In this document: positions 60,901 through 64,000 of the stretch, one piece after another | Numbering within the stretch: position 1 is the stretch's first letter | Layout of the letters: every line of letters begins with the position of its first letter | From: Oikopleura dioica | Lineage: Eukaryota > Animalia > Chordata | Assembly (NCBI GenBank): GCA_907165135.1 | Contig: OU015566.1 | Location: 6,262,001-6,326,000 of the forward strand | Length of the DNA: 64,000 nucleotides | Reading direction: 5' to 3' | The notes under the pieces: generated by a model | What the model saw: the letters and a program-made list of their open reading frames with translations, nothing else | What the model was told of the DNA's origin: nothing | Database searches by the model: none | Program-made: the position numbers and the translations under genes

Positions 60901-63900
60901 GTTTGGACTTATTTGACATTCGCTTTTTCAAGCTTCTGAAACGCGCCTGACAAGACATCTGGCTGCATATTTACCCATTTGAATAGCCTGTGTCCATAGA
61001 CGCATCTACGGAAGGGGCCCATCAATATTCCGTCTCAGAAGACTCTTCTATGTTTTCACTATTTCTATTTACTATTTAGAGTAAATATATGAAAACTTGG
61101 GCTCCGATCGATTTTTCAGACGACTGGAGAAAACTAGTTTTACGAGGCAGCGGCGCGCACCGGAAAGTTATTAAAACAAAAAAATACTCAGGAGAGTAAT
61201 TGAAAATTTTACTAAAAAAACTATTTTCCCTTGAAAAAAATCCATTCAAAAAATTCTCTATTTTTGGAATTTTAGGACTTTATCAGTACGATTTTTGTCA
61301 ATTTTTAGAGATCGCTTTTTTTTGGGCAAAATTCAATAAAAAAGTGGCCAAAAATGGGCAAAATTGCCATTTTTTAGCAGAAAAATCGCAAAAGCGAAAA
61401 AACTGTGTTTTTTGTGGGCCGGACCTGAAACCAATTTGGGATCTCATCAGAGGGCCAATTATGCGTAGTACAGCAGTCTCCAGCTGCGTAAATGCATGGA
61501 TCAGAAATTGAACGCATGTTGGAATCGACTAAAATGCCTCTTAAAAGCGGGCTCTTCTTCTGTAAAACTGCTCTCTTCAAAATAACAAAAATCCATTTTG
61601 GTAAAAATTCTCTCAGCGTTTCAACTACTTGAATTCTGCTCTGGCAAGTTGAGCAAAGAAAGGGCCAAATTTGAACTGCTTGGTTCCGCCAGGCGTAGTA
61701 TTTACAATTGGAGCAAAAGCACACAAGCGCGTATTTACGAACTGATTAATGCTCCTCGCGCTTTTTTCTTTGAGTAGCGCCGCCCGCCGATCCTGTCTGC
61801 TTCGATTGAGATTTCAAATGACGTCATTTTCATTTCTTTACACATTTTTTCACAAAATACTCAGGTGATTTTCTCTCATTTTTGATGCTGAAATCCTCTT
61901 CCTGGACTAAGTTCCAAAATGCCATCGACCAGTTCTGTCTGTAAAAAGCTGTAAATCAATCTTTCTTTACATTCTTTCAACACAAGATGCACTCAACTTG
62001 GATTAAACTTGGATCACCCTTGTCAAGATTAGAAATACTGATTCCCCTGGAGACTACAGACACGGCATTGTTAAAACAAGACTCTTTCATTCTGAGACTA
62101 ATTAGTATTCAATCTCGAACTGAAAAGAGCTCCAGTAAAAAAGAACGGTCTAATTGCCCAAATCATAAATCTCGAATTTGTCCTTGAAGGTCGGTTTGAT
62201 TTAGATATTGCAGCATTCCTGAGCTTGTACTCCGATGGCGAGGACGACAAAATCGACGACGAATTTGTTCCCATTGGCTAGTATAACCTGGGCAGCGTTG
62301 GATTCTGTTTTCACGACGTCGCGCAGCTCAACCCCCGAATCTGAAATGGGCGTGAGATGATCCTCCCTTGAGCTGTTTGGCTCCAATTTATTCAGAACGG
62401 AAAATAGATACATTTGAACCCGCAATGAAGGTTCAACAAGCAGCAGTTCAAATCCTCTGCTCCTGTCCTCGGCAACCTGTGTAGAAGACCTGAGTCAGGC
62501 TTAAAAGATCTCCTATGAAAAGCGTCGTAATTTTCAATCGAGGTTGCCGAGCTCAAAATCCAGCCCCCATTAATCCCTTTTTTTGATAAAAGCCGCAGCA
62601 AAATTGATGCTTTTTTGGAGCCTCGGGCACTTACTTGGTTTTTTAAATCGATTTATAAGCCCAAGATAGCTGAAACCTGCAGCTGTTACTTACGATAAGT
62701 AATTTTCCTTTCCGATTCGTTCGATGTTCCAGCAAGCTTGAGGCCCTTGTGTTTGTACCAGGAGGGGCCGAGAGCGGCAGACTGGCAGACTTCTGCTCCG
62801 ATGACGTTTGGAACCGTGTACTCTGATTGAGTTAACTAAAGTAAAAAAATGCGCGGAAAACAAGTTTTCTCAAAGGGAAATAAAATGACTCACAATCAAT
62901 TTCCTCCCTTTTTCTGATAAACTTGAACCAAATAACAATTTTAACGCTCTCACCGTGATAAGAGCAATTTTTCGTTTCCACCTTTGGCTTTTTCTCGTCA
63001 TTTTTCTGCTCTGCCGATTCTAGCAAAAACTCCATGGCCACAGGATCGAGAAACTTTTGGCCAAAGCTTTTTTCTCTCGAGCACCAAACAATTTCCACAT
63101 GCTTGAGATTGTGCACCAGCTCAAGTGCTACAAAATGAAAGAAAGAGAGTCTTGCTTGAATAATTTTTCTTTCATTTCAAAATTTAAAATTCTCCTCCAG
63201 AGGATTAATTTATTAAAAAAATTAATGCGTACCTATACCCCCATCGCCAAAAATAGCAATTTTCTTGGAGTTCTTTTTTGCGGGTTCGGAAAAAGCTTTA
63301 ATACAGTCACATTATTCTGAGCCAATCAATAAGCGCCTTAGACCTGTATGTAACATTCCCCTGTCAGTACGCCTCCCATCCGAAAATGCTTCGGAAAAGG
63401 TGCTAGAAATGAAAGTTCTTAACCCAAAAGTGCCTGTAGCTTTCGCTCAAGAAGAAGTGCAGACTCTGTGTCACTGAAAGGTGTACCTGTTAGAAACAAG
63501 GTAAATAACTTCTTTCCACTGGCGCTGAAAATCAATGCCCGATCGATCAGAGGGCAACTCCTTCGCCCACGTCTCTTCTGACAAAAAAGACTGTATATAC
63601 AGTCCAGCAATAAATAAACATTTACCGTAAAGACAGAACAAGCTCTGGACTCGTCAGCGAAGGTACTTTTCGAGGAACGGCGCCGGTGCAGAGAACCAGT
63701 TTTCGGTAAAACAAGTCGTTTCCGCTCGCCAATCTGACGATTTTGTTCTCTTTGTTAATTGCAATAGCTCTTTCGCCGAAAACCTTTAATTCCGCCTCAT
63801 TGGATTTTTGACCAGTTTTGTTGTTTCGGTCGTTTGCTTTGGCAAAAGGCGCTTCTTGGACGAGACATTCCTCTAGGTCGTACTCTGGGAGAGAAAAAAG

Positions 63901-64000
63901 TTAGTATACACACACTTTGAATTTTTAATTATAAATAGAAAGCACTGAATATTTGAGCCTTCCACTTTCCTGTGAGAGGATGTAGCCTAGATCTACATGT
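57908..64000 (-). CDS. PYROXD1: Pyridine nucleotide-disulphide oxidoreductase domain 1, partial (5' end beyond the window)
   Basis: Exons EYDLEE; KIAIFGDGGIG; SAALGPSW; DFVVLAIGV; GILVD...IYAAGDC; MRLWTQAIQMG; LLGLYNAQ; EFIKVV...RVRGAILI; LLDPEIDIADYFD*. Confidence 0.88.
59290..59713. mobile_element. MITE with (GGGTA)n/(TACCC)n subterminal repeats in a PYROXD1 intron
   Basis: TIR CTGGGGTCGGGA; flanking duplication CTGTTAC (7 bp; 8 bp if the terminal G is counted). Confidence 0.85.
60498..60623. mobile_element. CTG...CAG TIR family copy 8 (degenerate), in a PYROXD1 intron
   Basis: CTCGGGAACCTGTGTAGAAGCCTGAG ... CAGGTTTCTACACATTTTTCCGAG. Confidence 0.7.
62463..62555. mobile_element. CTG...CAG TIR family copy 9 (right arm partly deleted), in a PYROXD1 intron
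   Basis: CTCGGCAACCTGTGTAGAAGACCTGAGTCAGG...GAGGTTGCCGAGCTC. Confidence 0.75.

Noticed and set aside
62700-62720. GA donor after ...ESER in PYROXD1
   Set aside because: The frame continues KITY to a canonical GTAAGT donor that joins the next exon in phase.

Overview
AT-rich, compact, intron-containing animal DNA. It is most consistent with an appendicularian tunicate (Oikopleura-like); this is an inference from 35-60 nt introns, several GA/GC splice donors, operon-like spacing with TTT(C/T)AG acceptors just before ATGs, and lineage-type protein families. About 22 protein-coding genes or gene fragments can be assembled by hand. Confident calls: ADAMTS (partial), two tandem CAP/PR-1 genes, a G8/beta-helix protein, a membrane-anchored tyrosine kinase, a GPI-anchored Ly6/uPAR protein, an inverted pair of cytochrome P450s, an SH(Y/F)RxG-family EGF protein, a trypsin-like protease, WASP, a divergent VDAC-like porin, PP1 catalytic subunit and PYROXD1 (partial). 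Intergenic DNA and the longer introns hold more than 25 non-autonomous inverted-repeat elements. These include hAT-like (8-bp TSD), Kolobok-like (TTAA), pogo/Tc1-like (TA) and Merlin-like (GG ends, 8-bp TSD) elements, plus a 9-copy CTG...CAG family. No transposase gene was seen. Best leads: (1) an 88-nt triple-hairpin core kept 94% identical inside two otherwise diverged TIR elements, with a Helentron-like end; (2) a 70-nt GA-AG intron present in one P450 paralog and absent from the other; (3) a small gene missed by the ORF track that encodes a myristoylation + polybasic + RVxF (PP1-docking) + acidic protein; (4) an unnamed helical Cys module shared by three neighbouring secreted proteins. All gene models are hand-spliced and unverified by transcripts.
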